IMG/VR virus record: IMGVR_UViG_3300030329_006583
Coordinates: 186,001-250,000 of that record
Strand: one strand, 5' to 3'
Length of the DNA: 64,000 nucleotides
The notes below the pieces were generated by a model. It did no database searches, was not told the origin of the DNA, and was given only the letters and a program-made list of their open reading frames with translations. The position numbers and the translations under genes were made by a program. This document shows, piece after piece, positions 55,093 to 64,000 of the stretch (its first letter is position 1; each line of letters begins with the position of its first letter).

Positions 55093-55373
55093 TAAGGTTG
55101 TTCTATTTTTCTAGAAGCACGTAATTGGCGCCGAAGGATTTTTAAAAGGCCATTATAATGTTCACGGGCGTCGGTCCTACCGGGGCAACAATCACGGTGG
55201 TGTTTGGCGTCTTCAATCCGGTGTTCCAAATCCAAGGTACATGCCTTAGTGCCAAAAGACACCATTTTGCCCGACATTGTAAGGTGTTTATCGGGGACCG
55301 CTAGTTTGGTAGGGGATTCCTGAAGAATTTGACGAATCATATGTCGCAATCTGATATTATCCATTATTTCCAT
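55092..55373 (-). CDS. type-B-like leader protein
   Basis: IRLRHMIRQILQE. Confidence 0.6.
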   Translation of the reverse strand: MEIMDNIRLRHMIRQILQESPTKLAVPDKHLTMSGKMVSFGTKACTLDLEHRIEDAKHHRDCCPGRTDAREHYNGLLKILRRQLRASRKIEQP

Positions 55374-56008
55374 AACTCCCGAATTTTCATACGAACCCCG
55401 GATTTATCTGCTGCTTCGCCCACCACGATGGGCATATCTTCGTCCCCTTCTTCTTCCTTTGTTTTTACAGTGGTTACCTTAATTTCCTCTGTCTCTTCTT
55501 CCCTTGAAGGTTTCTCGGTTGGTTTCATTTCAATGCCGGCCTTCCCGGGATCAAGGGCTAGTGTCCCAGGTTCACCATCTACCATCATATCTGCCAACCC
55601 GGCCAGGAAAACATATAGCGATTGTTTCTCGGCTGTCGTCAATTGCTCGATGTAGGTAGTAAGAGCCTTTTTCACCTTGGCATCCTTAACTGATTTACCT
55701 GAGCGCATTAGATTTAACATTTTAAAAATATCGCCGGTTTGAGGATCTGCAATTTTTTCCTGGCCCGGTTTTGCGACGTCTGTAGTGGTGATTGTCTCCT
55801 CAGAGGTTTCTTCCTCCGTTTCTTCTTCAGCTTCATCGACATTTTTTTTCTGCGAATTATCATCTTGCTCGGCTGTTTGCTGTGCCAATTGTTTTTGACG
55901 AAGGCGTTCCAATGTGCCGGTATCTTCCATTGCTGCGTCCACAGCCTCACGTACAATATTACCCAAAAAATGTTCTAGATCTTTCACATTATTAAATACC
56001 CTAGACAT
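55364..56008 (-). CDS. acidic hypothetical protein
   Basis: MSRVFNNVKDLEHFLGNIVRE...; start re-assigned. Confidence 0.65.
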   Translation of the reverse strand: MSRVFNNVKDLEHFLGNIVREAVDAAMEDTGTLERLRQKQLAQQTAEQDDNSQKKNVDEAEEETEEETSEETITTTDVAKPGQEKIADPQTGDIFKMLNLMRSGKSVKDAKVKKALTTYIEQLTTAEKQSLYVFLAGLADMMVDGEPGTLALDPGKAGIEMKPTEKPSREEETEEIKVTTVKTKEEEGDEDMPIVVGEAADKSGVRMKIRELWK

Positions 56009-56205
56009 TATTTGCCCCCTCGCAACCACTTAATCCTATTCTGCCACCGCTCTGCATAAAGGCGGCGGTACTTTCTTTGCGGGGATTCTGTTGGTTCATT
56101 GGGTTGACGTGTATTTTTATGACGTGATTCATTCTCTTTTTGAAGAATAGAATCCATAAATTTATCAAACTGAGATTTTTTACTCACTTGCTTCTCCTAT
56201 TAATA

Positions 56206-56652
56206 TTACTTATCAATTTCGTGAGGAATTATCACCGAAACTTCAGCACAATGATTTTCATCATCAAACGATATTGTATAACCTATATCTGTATCCACCT
56301 GGCGAGAATCAACAACATCATCATAAATGGTTTTGCAAACATACCCAGTTAACTTACCCGCTGATATCATTTTAATTGCCTGATCATCAGAGGCAACAAT
56401 TGTAATAATTTGTTCTTTTGAATCCTTAATTAAGCCTTTAAGTGCACCAGCAATGACAACATCCCCAAACGTAAAATGACAGGTAAAATTAGAAACACCC
56501 CATACGTCGGGATCTTCCGCTAAATCAAAATCCACCATTCCTTCAAGGGAATCGCTGATTATTAAATTATCAGGATTTGATAATACCCTATCAAATTCTT
56601 GATCAATATTCTGTGTAGTGTCCTTCGAATTCAAAATTTTGCTCCGTAACAA
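56206..56652 (-). CDS. hypothetical protein
   Basis: 148-aa ORF. Confidence 0.55.
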   Translation of the reverse strand: MLRSKILNSKDTTQNIDQEFDRVLSNPDNLIISDSLEGMVDFDLAEDPDVWGVSNFTCHFTFGDVVIAGALKGLIKDSKEQIITIVASDDQAIKMISAGKLTGYVCKTIYDDVVDSRQVDTDIGYTISFDDENHCAEVSVIIPHEIDK

Positions 56653-57028
56653 TATTTTTCTTTATAGCATCAGCAGTTTGTGCATATTCCTTATCCAGCT
56701 CAGTAATGTCATCCACCTCGTGTGTATAAACTTCAATAATTACATCGGGATAATTAATGGTTATTTTTGCATGATGATTAAACTCTTCCTGGAAATCTAG
56801 GATATCACCAACAAATAAAGCCAATTCGCGCTGTGAATCGAAAACATATGTTTTCATTAAACGCCTGGGTGATTCTACTACACGCCAAGTAGCCTTATGT
56901 GGAATAACAGGCGATTTGTGATCCATATTTTTTAACTGGGGTAAAAGATCCACTAAACATGAATCATCGGAACCTTTTTCTTCCACGTCAAAATATTCAC
57001 ACATTAATTTTCGCAAATTGGATTCCAT
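56603..57028 (-). CDS. pterin-4-alpha-carbinolamine dehydratase-like protein
   Basis: W......L.KTY.F...FV..I......NHH..I.I....V....YTH......LD...A. Confidence 0.75.
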   Translation of the reverse strand: MESNLRKLMCEYFDVEEKGSDDSCLVDLLPQLKNMDHKSPVIPHKATWRVVESPRRLMKTYVFDSQRELALFVGDILDFQEEFNHHAKITINYPDVIIEVYTHEVDDITELDKEYAQTADAIKKNIVTEQNFEFEGHYTEY

Positions 57029-58264
57029 TTATTCTTTCCCAAATTCATCCTGATGGGTTGCGGTTGCCTGTAATGCTTGTGCCAACACCTTCTTTCTTTT
57101 ACTAGCCCCTGCTTTATTCCAGGCATCGTAAGCAGTTGAAATTAAATCACCTTCAACCTTTGCTAAATTTGAAAGTTTAGAAAAAGCCTGCAAAGCATTT
57201 TTTACAGCTTTTTCAGTTTGATTAACATCCATTTTTTCTGAAGCTGCATCTTTCATAATCTTATTTTTTAATTTTTCCGGATTTTTTGGTGTATCCCCAA
57301 AAACCTGGTGGAGTAGGGTTTGTTTGCTTCTTTTGGGCAGGCCCAATTTTTCAATTTCACTCTCCACACGTTTGCGTGTCGTTCTCAAAATATTTTGATA
57401 TGCGGGTAATAAAAATCCTCCCACCAAAAAAAACCTAAATGAATCCAAAGCCTCAACCTCACCAGGCGCAGCCAAGAGGTCTGCCATATCATTTTTATCA
57501 ATATACCCCTCGCCTTCTAGCATTTCAACAAACTCACTAATCGCAGTCTGCTTAATTGCATCCAACTCTGACTCATCAACATTTTCCATGGTAAAATTCA
57601 ATCGACCAAGGATTCTCTCCAGGCTTTGTCTAACTCCACTAGCGGCGCTATAACCAAATTTGGTAGCAAGATCCTCTAGGCCCATCCCCTCTATTTGTTC
57701 CACCTGATCCAGTGTTAAGGATTCTTCTTCCTCCTCTTCCGGATCGAAGGTTTGATACCCTTTGCGAAATTCTTCGTATTCATTTTCATCAAAATCAATA
57801 TCCATTTGTTCCAGAAGAATTTTAAGGCTTTTTCTTAATTTCTCAATCTTGTGACTTTCATTGGTTTCCAATTCAACTACCTCTGCGTCGGTGACATCAT
57901 CTGCAATTTCGGGATTTTCATGTTTTTCCACCGCGGAATCCAGTAAATCCTGCAAACGATTATAAAAATATTCAACCTGATCATTAGGAACACGCTGCCC
58001 GAGAGCGTCTGCAGCCAAACCTAATTCAACCGGATTTGCCGGTATATATGTATCATCATCTACAGGTGGGAGATTAGCCGATAATTGTACCGCCATTTGT
58101 TCAGAAGGCAACACCGGGGTTTCGGGCGGTGAAGGTATATCAGCGGGCTCAAATTGTGTACCGGCACGTGAATTATCCACGTCGGTATAAGTGTTATACA
58201 CGTCTTCAAATAAAACCCTTTTGAGATAATTCTCCAAAACGGCCTTCGTAATCTTAATACTCAT
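57029..58264 (-). CDS. acidic protein with a type-A-like leader
   Basis: MSIKITKAVLENYLKRVLFE; GGAG SD. Confidence 0.7.
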   Translation of the reverse strand: MSIKITKAVLENYLKRVLFEDVYNTYTDVDNSRAGTQFEPADIPSPPETPVLPSEQMAVQLSANLPPVDDDTYIPANPVELGLAADALGQRVPNDQVEYFYNRLQDLLDSAVEKHENPEIADDVTDAEVVELETNESHKIEKLRKSLKILLEQMDIDFDENEYEEFRKGYQTFDPEEEEEESLTLDQVEQIEGMGLEDLATKFGYSAASGVRQSLERILGRLNFTMENVDESELDAIKQTAISEFVEMLEGEGYIDKNDMADLLAAPGEVEALDSFRFFLVGGFLLPAYQNILRTTRKRVESEIEKLGLPKRSKQTLLHQVFGDTPKNPEKLKNKIMKDAASEKMDVNQTEKAVKNALQAFSKLSNLAKVEGDLISTAYDAWNKAGASKRKKVLAQALQATATHQDEFGKE

Positions 58265-58272
58265 CTCAACTC

Positions 58273-58755
58273 CTAATCTGCAACCTGCCCCAAGGCATAA
58301 CCCGTGGCTATGGTCACTACTATCCCACCAATCAACCCAACAGAAAACCAAAATTCACCAGATTCATACCATGGTGTAGGTTGAAATTTACTCTCCAAAA
58401 AACCAATTTGATCTTCCTTGATTTCCAGGATTTGATCATGTTTAAACTTTAGGGCATCCAGCTCCGCAATTTTTAGATCTAATTGCAATTTATGCTGAAT
58501 AGATAATACCTCTAAAGCCTTATCCTTTTCAATCTTGCACTGTTTGTCTTTGTTTTCTAATTCAACCGCAAGATTGGCGGCTGCCTCAGTACTGAAAAGT
58601 GTACCTGCAAATGGGGCTTTTGCACCCTTTTGAATTGTAATTATTTTTTCACCCGGGGAATCTGCAAAAGCGGAAATGGGATAAATACATACAAAACCAA
58701 TGAAAAAAAGGTTAGTGAAAAATGCTATCCATTTTATCATGATTATCTTTAACAT
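58273..58755 (-). CDS. secreted coiled-coil protein with a C-terminal TM (spanin-like?)
   Basis: Signal peptide, APFAGTL, coiled coil, C-terminal TM. Confidence 0.5.
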   Translation of the reverse strand: MLKIIMIKWIAFFTNLFFIGFVCIYPISAFADSPGEKIITIQKGAKAPFAGTLFSTEAAANLAVELENKDKQCKIEKDKALEVLSIQHKLQLDLKIAELDALKFKHDQILEIKEDQIGFLESKFQPTPWYESGEFWFSVGLIGGIVVTIATGYALGQVAD

Positions 58756-59843
58756 TAGTCATTTAACCCTGCCAGCCTGTGCCACCTTTCCAAAACAAGA
58801 TCGTCGCGATTTTCCCGACTTTCCTTTTGGGGATTGCCCAAAGCGTTTCCAATAGACGTCAGCATCGGGATTAACTCGTCGGCATTGCCGTCCACAATAT
58901 GAACATTGTCATGTGTTAATCCACCGCCGGTCCCAATATAGGCGCCTGACCATCGATGGTGACCGTCTAAAATTTCCCCAGCAGAGGTCACGAATGCACC
59001 ACCCATATCACTCAAATCAGTATTACCCGTCCCCTGCAGAAATGCAAATAGCAATGACTTGCCAGCAAGAATATTACTTTGGGTAGGAATCATGGCAGAA
59101 TTTGCAAGGGAACCTCCCACTTTAACATCAATATTATCGTCCCCTTGATCACCGTCATATTTTCCTTTTGTCAAAAACGCAAGAGCCTTCCCTACCGGAT
59201 CTGCACCGCCGCCGGGCATTGCATTCATTCCATGCCGAGGATATTTATCTTCTCTTACTAATCCCTCTTCTTTCGGCTCGGGTTGTTTTCCTGCTTCAAA
59301 TTCCTTCTTTTTTTCATCAGAAAGGGTATCCAACCAAGCATCCAAACCTTCTTTGTCGGCGGCATAACTTGCCTCAATATCCACGTTGAATTTACCCCCG
59401 GGCGTCAATGCATCCTTCACCGCAGCGGCATCCTCACCCTCCAGGGCTGGCATATCTTTTTTTGCAGGCGCAGTGTTGGGCAGGGCAGCACCAACTTTTT
59501 CTATCCTATTTGTCAATGATTCCTTGCCTACTGACTCTGCCCATTTCTTAATGGCATCAGCGCCGCCGGCTTTTGCAATCGCGCCATTAGCCCAACCTGT
59601 TGCATTCATCATCGCTTGAATCAACGGGGCATTCTCGTCTCCCGACACCAATTGTTCATATGCATCTGCACCACCAAGATCGGCAATATTTGTCTTCGTG
59701 GTAACATCAATAAATGCGGCGTCGTCGGTGGTATCCCCTTGTTCAAACAACAAGGTCGCCAGGTTTGGTGAATTGGTAGTTTTTAAATCTTTGGTTTCTT
59801 GCAAAATTAAATATCGTAATTGAGCCGGTGTTAACTTTTTCAT
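58755..59843 (-). CDS. ParB/Srx-like domain protein with a leader
   Basis: MKKLTPAQLRYLILQE; IPTQSNI...ILDGHHRW; C-terminal ERWHRLAGL. Confidence 0.65.
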   Translation of the reverse strand: MKKLTPAQLRYLILQETKDLKTTNSPNLATLLFEQGDTTDDAAFIDVTTKTNIADLGGADAYEQLVSGDENAPLIQAMMNATGWANGAIAKAGGADAIKKWAESVGKESLTNRIEKVGAALPNTAPAKKDMPALEGEDAAAVKDALTPGGKFNVDIEASYAADKEGLDAWLDTLSDEKKKEFEAGKQPEPKEEGLVREDKYPRHGMNAMPGGGADPVGKALAFLTKGKYDGDQGDDNIDVKVGGSLANSAMIPTQSNILAGKSLLFAFLQGTGNTDLSDMGGAFVTSAGEILDGHHRWSGAYIGTGGGLTHDNVHIVDGNADELIPMLTSIGNALGNPQKESRENRDDLVLERWHRLAGLND

Positions 59844-59872
59844 TCTTTTCTTCTGCTCCACTTTGGGGAAAT

Positions 59873-60283
59873 TTATCCCTCTCCTGTATATATATCAAAT
59901 CCGGTCAGTTCCGACAATTTGTTTGTTATCTCATCTGGGTTGTCTAAATTTTTTTCTATTATTTTTTTGACTTCCTGCTTTTTCTTTTCGGACAATTGTT
60001 TTTCCAAATCATCGTATTTCTTTTCTATCGCTGCGATCGCTTCCTGGTATTTTCTCTCTGCTTCTTCTTTCTTTTGTATCTCCATACGGTGGGCTTCCTC
60101 TATTATCCCTATCTCTTTTTCATAATCTTTTTTAATTCTATCTGTGATTTCGGAATAGTTAAAGTCGCGTCGAGCCACCAACCAAATCATTACAGGTATG
60201 GCTATCCCTAGAAATAATTTCCAGTTTCTTTTACACCACGCCCAACATTTTTTACCTAATGAACTCAACGCTACCCAGGTCAT
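59873..60283 (-). CDS. TM-anchored coiled-coil protein (i-spanin-like?)
   Basis: N-terminal TM, then a long coiled coil; AAGG SD. Confidence 0.55.
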   Translation of the reverse strand: MTWVALSSLGKKCWAWCKRNWKLFLGIAIPVMIWLVARRDFNYSEITDRIKKDYEKEIGIIEEAHRMEIQKKEEAERKYQEAIAAIEKKYDDLEKQLSEKKKQEVKKIIEKNLDNPDEITNKLSELTGFDIYTGEG

Positions 60284-60285
60284 CC

Positions 60286-60471
60286 TTATGCTCCATGTTT
60301 CCAGGCCATCACAGCATCGATGACACTTTGGCCACCAATATATACCACTGCAATCATACCCCATGTCTCAGAATCTAGATTGGAATAAGCCATCAAACCG
60401 GTGGCTGTCAGGAAGACCAAAAGCTTCCTGGAGATTAATTTTGCTAGCACCTTATCTAAAGCTGCCCTCAT
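60286..60471 (-). CDS. holin-like small membrane protein
   Basis: KLISRKLLV...two TM...YIGGQS.ID pattern. Confidence 0.55.
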   Translation of the reverse strand: MRAALDKVLAKLISRKLLVFLTATGLMAYSNLDSETWGMIAVVYIGGQSVIDAVMAWKHGA

Positions 60472-60496
60472 ATCATTACTCCTTTAGTGAAAGCGA

Positions 60497-60742
60497 TTAC
60501 GCCTTACCGGCTAACCCTCGGCTAAAAATGCCGTGAAGAACACCCAAAGCAACCAGGCCGACAAGGCCCTCGCTACCGAGCGACTTTGTCAGCGCCACGA
60601 TGCCACCGACCACGTCTACTGGGAAAAATGGAACCGCAGCCCCAAAAAGAATTTGCAAAACCACCGCGAGGGCCAAAAGGCACACGCTAAGTTCCGTAAA
60701 TGCTTTAACGCCATTTGTTACTTTTTCTAATGCACTCATCAC
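60497..60742 (-). CDS. small 2-TM membrane protein
   Basis: Hydrophobic; AGGAG SD. Confidence 0.65.
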   Translation of the reverse strand: MMSALEKVTNGVKAFTELSVCLLALAVVLQILFGAAVPFFPVDVVGGIVALTKSLGSEGLVGLVALGVLHGIFSRGLAGKA

Positions 60743-60819
60743 TTTTCTCCTATGTTAACCTCCCATAATGGGAAGCGCAACTTACGTTGCAAGCGATGTT
60801 TATAATTATTAGGCACAGA

Positions 60820-61074
60820 TTAGTTTGGCAAGTTCTCATCCGGATCATCGTCACCCCTTATAAAATAGTCGTAAGGATCCGGTTCGGTAAGGCTTTTTAA
60901 CACCTTATAAATTTCTGACATGTCTGTGGTAAGCTCTGCGTTAGTAATTGCAAGATATCCCAAAACTGTATTTACTTCCTCTAATTTCTTTTCCAACAGC
61001 TCTACGCGCCTACCTATTTTGGTATAATCATGACTAACTGATTGCGATAAATGTGTAATTGCCTTTTCCTTCAT
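60820..61074 (-). CDS. hypothetical coiled-coil protein
   Basis: 84-aa ORF. Confidence 0.55.
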   Translation of the reverse strand: MKEKAITHLSQSVSHDYTKIGRRVELLEKKLEEVNTVLGYLAITNAELTTDMSEIYKVLKSLTEPDPYDYFIRGDDDPDENLPN

Positions 61075-61116
61075 ATTTCAAATATAACCAATAAAATATT
61101 ATTTTTTAAGTTTTAA

Positions 61117-61398
61117 TTATTCACCTGTTATCGGATTGGAATCCTCAATTACGCGAAATATAGATTCAGCGTCCGTCTGGGAAAATTTACGACCTGCTTT
61201 GGTTCTCTTGCGAAGCTGCATTTCTTCCAATGTTTTTTGCATGTGAGAATCACCCTCCACTATTTGTCGTGCCAATTCCTCAAATATCTCTTGCATCGAT
61301 AGACCATGCCGAAAAGCAGTTATCTTGATTTCTGTATGTGTTTCTTTGGTTAGATTTATGTGAAGTGATTTTTTGGTCTCGAAATCACGATATGACAT
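61117..61398 (-). CDS. ribbon-helix-helix-like DNA-binding protein
   Basis: KSLHINLTKETHTEIKITAFRHGLSMQEIFEEL. Confidence 0.55.
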   Translation of the reverse strand: MSYRDFETKKSLHINLTKETHTEIKITAFRHGLSMQEIFEELARQIVEGDSHMQKTLEEMQLRKRTKAGRKFSQTDAESIFRVIEDSNPITGE

Positions 61399-61406
61399 TT
61401 AGTGTC

Positions 61407-62015
61407 CTATATCCCGCCTTCAGCTGCGATTGGGCTAGCCCCTACACCCATCGGATCCACTAAATCCTGAGGGATGTCTAGACTAATATCGTACCTGAGA
61501 TCTAAAATATCCAACATCGCGGCTGCCTGCTCGGGCCCGTATTTGTCGGTGATATAATCTTCTGCTTTTTTTACAATTAACGCCTTCATATCCAGAAGTG
61601 AATCATAATTCTTGGCTAACCTTGCTACGTCACCTGCAAATGTTTCCATATCAATTACCGGAATTTCCTCCTGTTCGTAAAGCACACGAACTATTGAGTA
61701 TTTGTTGGCCTCATTTTGTGCCTGACCTTTGGCGGCATTGATAGCATCTGTCTCAAAATCCACAAAAAGGGCATTAAGTTCATCATCAACTGATTTACCC
61801 AAAGGTTCCACTTCATCCACCCCTGGTTCTATTTGGGCCTCTTCCGCCTCAGCTTCAACTTCCGCTTCTGGGCCTTCTTCATCACCAGGTGTTTCTTCCG
61901 CATCTTCCTCAGTGGCTTCTTCAGTATCAGCCATATCGGCTTCTTCTTCTTGTTCCACAAGGAGCCTGAACTCTTCGTTTATTAGCTTTTTTAAATACTT
62001 TTTTGTCAATTTCAT
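61407..62015 (-). CDS. acidic protein with a type-A leader
   Basis: MKLTKKYLKKLINEE. Confidence 0.7.
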   Translation of the reverse strand: MKLTKKYLKKLINEEFRLLVEQEEEADMADTEEATEEDAEETPGDEEGPEAEVEAEAEEAQIEPGVDEVEPLGKSVDDELNALFVDFETDAINAAKGQAQNEANKYSIVRVLYEQEEIPVIDMETFAGDVARLAKNYDSLLDMKALIVKKAEDYITDKYGPEQAAAMLDILDLRYDISLDIPQDLVDPMGVGASPIAAEGGI

Positions 62016-62710
62016 TTGATTGCCTTCCCGATTTTTTCAGCCTTTTTAACCCTTTTCTCAATTACATCCCAATCTAATTCTTTCATCATAGCAAAAACAT
62101 ACGTCTTTCTGTCATTCAAATAATCACGATAATAAGAATTTTCCGAACAATCTAAAACAACAATTGGAAACGATGCAAAAGGAACATTAATATTATGCAG
62201 ATCTACACACACATTAATATAACGTTGAAGAAAGGTATTATAGACAGTGACTGCCCACCCATTTCTAGATGACATAGCGCATGCAATAAAATCCTTTTGC
62301 CACGCATCAAAAGAACCAAAATCCCTCTCCAACCTTATAAAAGTAAGAGAATCCATTACTAATTGACTTTTGAGATCACTAATATTTTCAAAAAACAAAG
62401 CATTCAAAAATGAAGCATTAAGATTGTAGGTTTCATCAATCTTCAAAGAACGAAATTCTGAATTATTGGCATTTGCATCTTCACGATTAACAACATCCAA
62501 TTCAATACTAATACGATTAAGGGTATCTATGTATCCTTCAAGCAATTCAAAATGAGCACGTTTATTTTTTTCACTTAAAAATTCTGTAGCTAAATTATAT
62601 CGTTTGGCTTGGGTAACATATGCCTCCTTAATGGTGGCGTGTCCTTCTTTTTCTTCCAACCCCAACGTTTCCCTGATCGTTCTTTTTATTTCATCATCAG
62701 ATATGCTCAT
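62012..62710 (-). CDS. Fe/Mn superoxide dismutase-fold protein with degenerate metal ligands
   Basis: HFELLEGY, LNALFFENI, DFGSFDAWQKDF, GWAV, VLDCSENSYY. Confidence 0.75.
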   Translation of the reverse strand: MSISDDEIKRTIRETLGLEEKEGHATIKEAYVTQAKRYNLATEFLSEKNKRAHFELLEGYIDTLNRISIELDVVNREDANANNSEFRSLKIDETYNLNASFLNALFFENISDLKSQLVMDSLTFIRLERDFGSFDAWQKDFIACAMSSRNGWAVTVYNTFLQRYINVCVDLHNINVPFASFPIVVLDCSENSYYRDYLNDRKTYVFAMMKELDWDVIEKRVKKAEKIGKAIK

Positions 62711-62711
62711 T

Positions 62712-63137
62712 TTATTTAACCTCATATTCTTTTTCAAATTCTTCTTGATCCACCACAAACACCTCTTCATCAGGATCATCGGGTATTAATTCTGTTTGTA
62801 TTTTATCTAAATTAATTAATTCATCTTCACCTAATATTGCCGCAATTTTTTTATCACTGATCAAAGTATCCTCTTGATCGGGTGGGGGATCAAAACGGGG
62901 TTCATCAGGCAATCTTAAAACAATGTCAATTTTACCGGTCTCCGGATCTTCCAAAACATCATCCACAGTGTATTCATATTGAGAATCTTTATGCCTCACC
63001 TTTAAATCACGCGTTATAAGAATATTACCGTCGTCATCTATCACGTCAGATTCCCAAAGGGCTTCGTTTAAACGATCCTCGTAATAATTACGCAATAAAT
63101 CAATTATAACATTTTCTGATAAAATTTTATTTTTCAT
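62712..63137 (-). CDS. acidic hypothetical protein
   Basis: 141-aa ORF in the run. Confidence 0.6.
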   Translation of the reverse strand: MKNKILSENVIIDLLRNYYEDRLNEALWESDVIDDDGNILITRDLKVRHKDSQYEYTVDDVLEDPETGKIDIVLRLPDEPRFDPPPDQEDTLISDKKIAAILGEDELINLDKIQTELIPDDPDEEVFVVDQEEFEKEYEVK

Positions 63138-63939
63138 CCTTTAGTCCCGCCATTTTTAACCAACGACTATGCATGGTGTTATTATTGGAAATTAATGATT
63201 CTCTTAACACCCCTTTAATCTCTGTGTAAGTATAAAATACCCCTTCAGAAAATACTGGTTTTCCAATAATCTGATTTAGTGCCCCGCCTAGGGCGCGCGT
63301 TTGGCTCTTCTTTTTAGATTTAGCCTGATCCATTGCACCTTTGATATCTTTAAGGTTTTGACGAGTTAATGATATGCCGTCTCCCCCTGGGGGCGCTTCG
63401 GTAGCACCAGGTGAAGTTTCTGTGGCAATGTCTTTCATTTCATTGTCCAAACCGGCATCAGTAACAATGGCATCAATTGCTTGTACTGGATCGTCGTCGC
63501 CAGGCTGCGCGGCGTCATCTAAATCTGTGGCTGCACTTTTCAAAAATGAATCTAATTCATCAGGTGTTAAAGTAAGCATTTCCTCCACAAACTGTTGCTG
63601 TTGTAATCCAAAACCAATATCACGGGTGGAGCCCAATCCCAGGCTACCTAACATGTTGGAAAAACCTTGTCCCAACCCACCGAAGACCCCTTTCGGTGCT
63701 TTCAGTTGTGCAATAATAGCCTTTTCAAAATCAGTCCTACTAGGGATTCCTGCAATATCTGCCGAGTATAGATCCAATAAGCCACCCAATGTTTTGTCAC
63801 GATCTTCTTCATTGGTTGCAATTTTGGCACCAAGATCCCCTAATGCGCCTTGCACAGTTTGAAAGGCATTCGCAATCGAACCCTGTAAAATCTGCACATT
63901 TGCAAATAACTTCGAAAGTTGCTTCATGGGATCACCCAA
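63127..63939 (-). CDS. hypothetical protein with a C-terminal RW..(L/M)AG motif
   Basis: 270 aa; ends HSRWLKMAGLKDEK; upstream boundary uncertain at the window edge. Confidence 0.6.
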   Translation of the reverse strand: MGDPMKQLSKLFANVQILQGSIANAFQTVQGALGDLGAKIATNEEDRDKTLGGLLDLYSADIAGIPSRTDFEKAIIAQLKAPKGVFGGLGQGFSNMLGSLGLGSTRDIGFGLQQQQFVEEMLTLTPDELDSFLKSAATDLDDAAQPGDDDPVQAIDAIVTDAGLDNEMKDIATETSPGATEAPPGGDGISLTRQNLKDIKGAMDQAKSKKKSQTRALGGALNQIIGKPVFSEGVFYTYTEIKGVLRESLISNNNTMHSRWLKMAGLKDEK

Positions 63940-64000
63940 CAGGTTGGAAAGACTTATCCCCGTCTTTAATCGGTTTGCCGCAACTTCTTTTTTGGCGTTA

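Overview
This window looks like part of a large (jumbo-type) bacteriophage genome. Genes are densely packed, almost all on the minus strand, often with ATGA/TAATG overlaps, and read in standard code 11. No capsid, terminase or portal gene is in view, so the viral call rests on gene content and organisation. It carries many host-like genes: an FKBP PPIase fragment, cysteine synthase, iscU, iscA, IMPDH/GMP reductase, a minimal tilS, dnaJ, dnaK, groEL, pckA, uvsE, def, a sigma70-type factor, a 5'-3' exonuclease, a pterin dehydratase-like protein and a SOD-like protein. There are three tRNAs: Leu-TAA, Ile2-CAT and Arg-TCT. A CglF/GltF-like gene and a Cys-repeat/vWA lipoprotein suggest a Myxococcota/Bdellovibrionota-type host (inference). 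Main observations: (1) an unannotated 119-codon ORF (24943-25302) with an in-frame TGA in an H-x-(TGA)-x-x-H motif, followed by a hairpin that fits the bacterial SECIS pattern, i.e. a candidate phage selenoprotein; (2) about 30 ORFs with one of two related basic amphipathic leaders (MKITKRQLRRIIKEE or MKLLREYIRxLLxE), resembling a mass-deployed capsid-targeting, protease-cleaved tag on small proteins and enzymes; (3) a sigma factor lacking region 4.2, followed by a coupled ORF with a region-4-like HTH, plus a recurring non-canonical promoter RTGYAAW-N15-17-TAtaAT; (4) a repeated 40-nt post-stop element with pseudoknot potential. Family assignments come from motif recognition only; no database searches were run.
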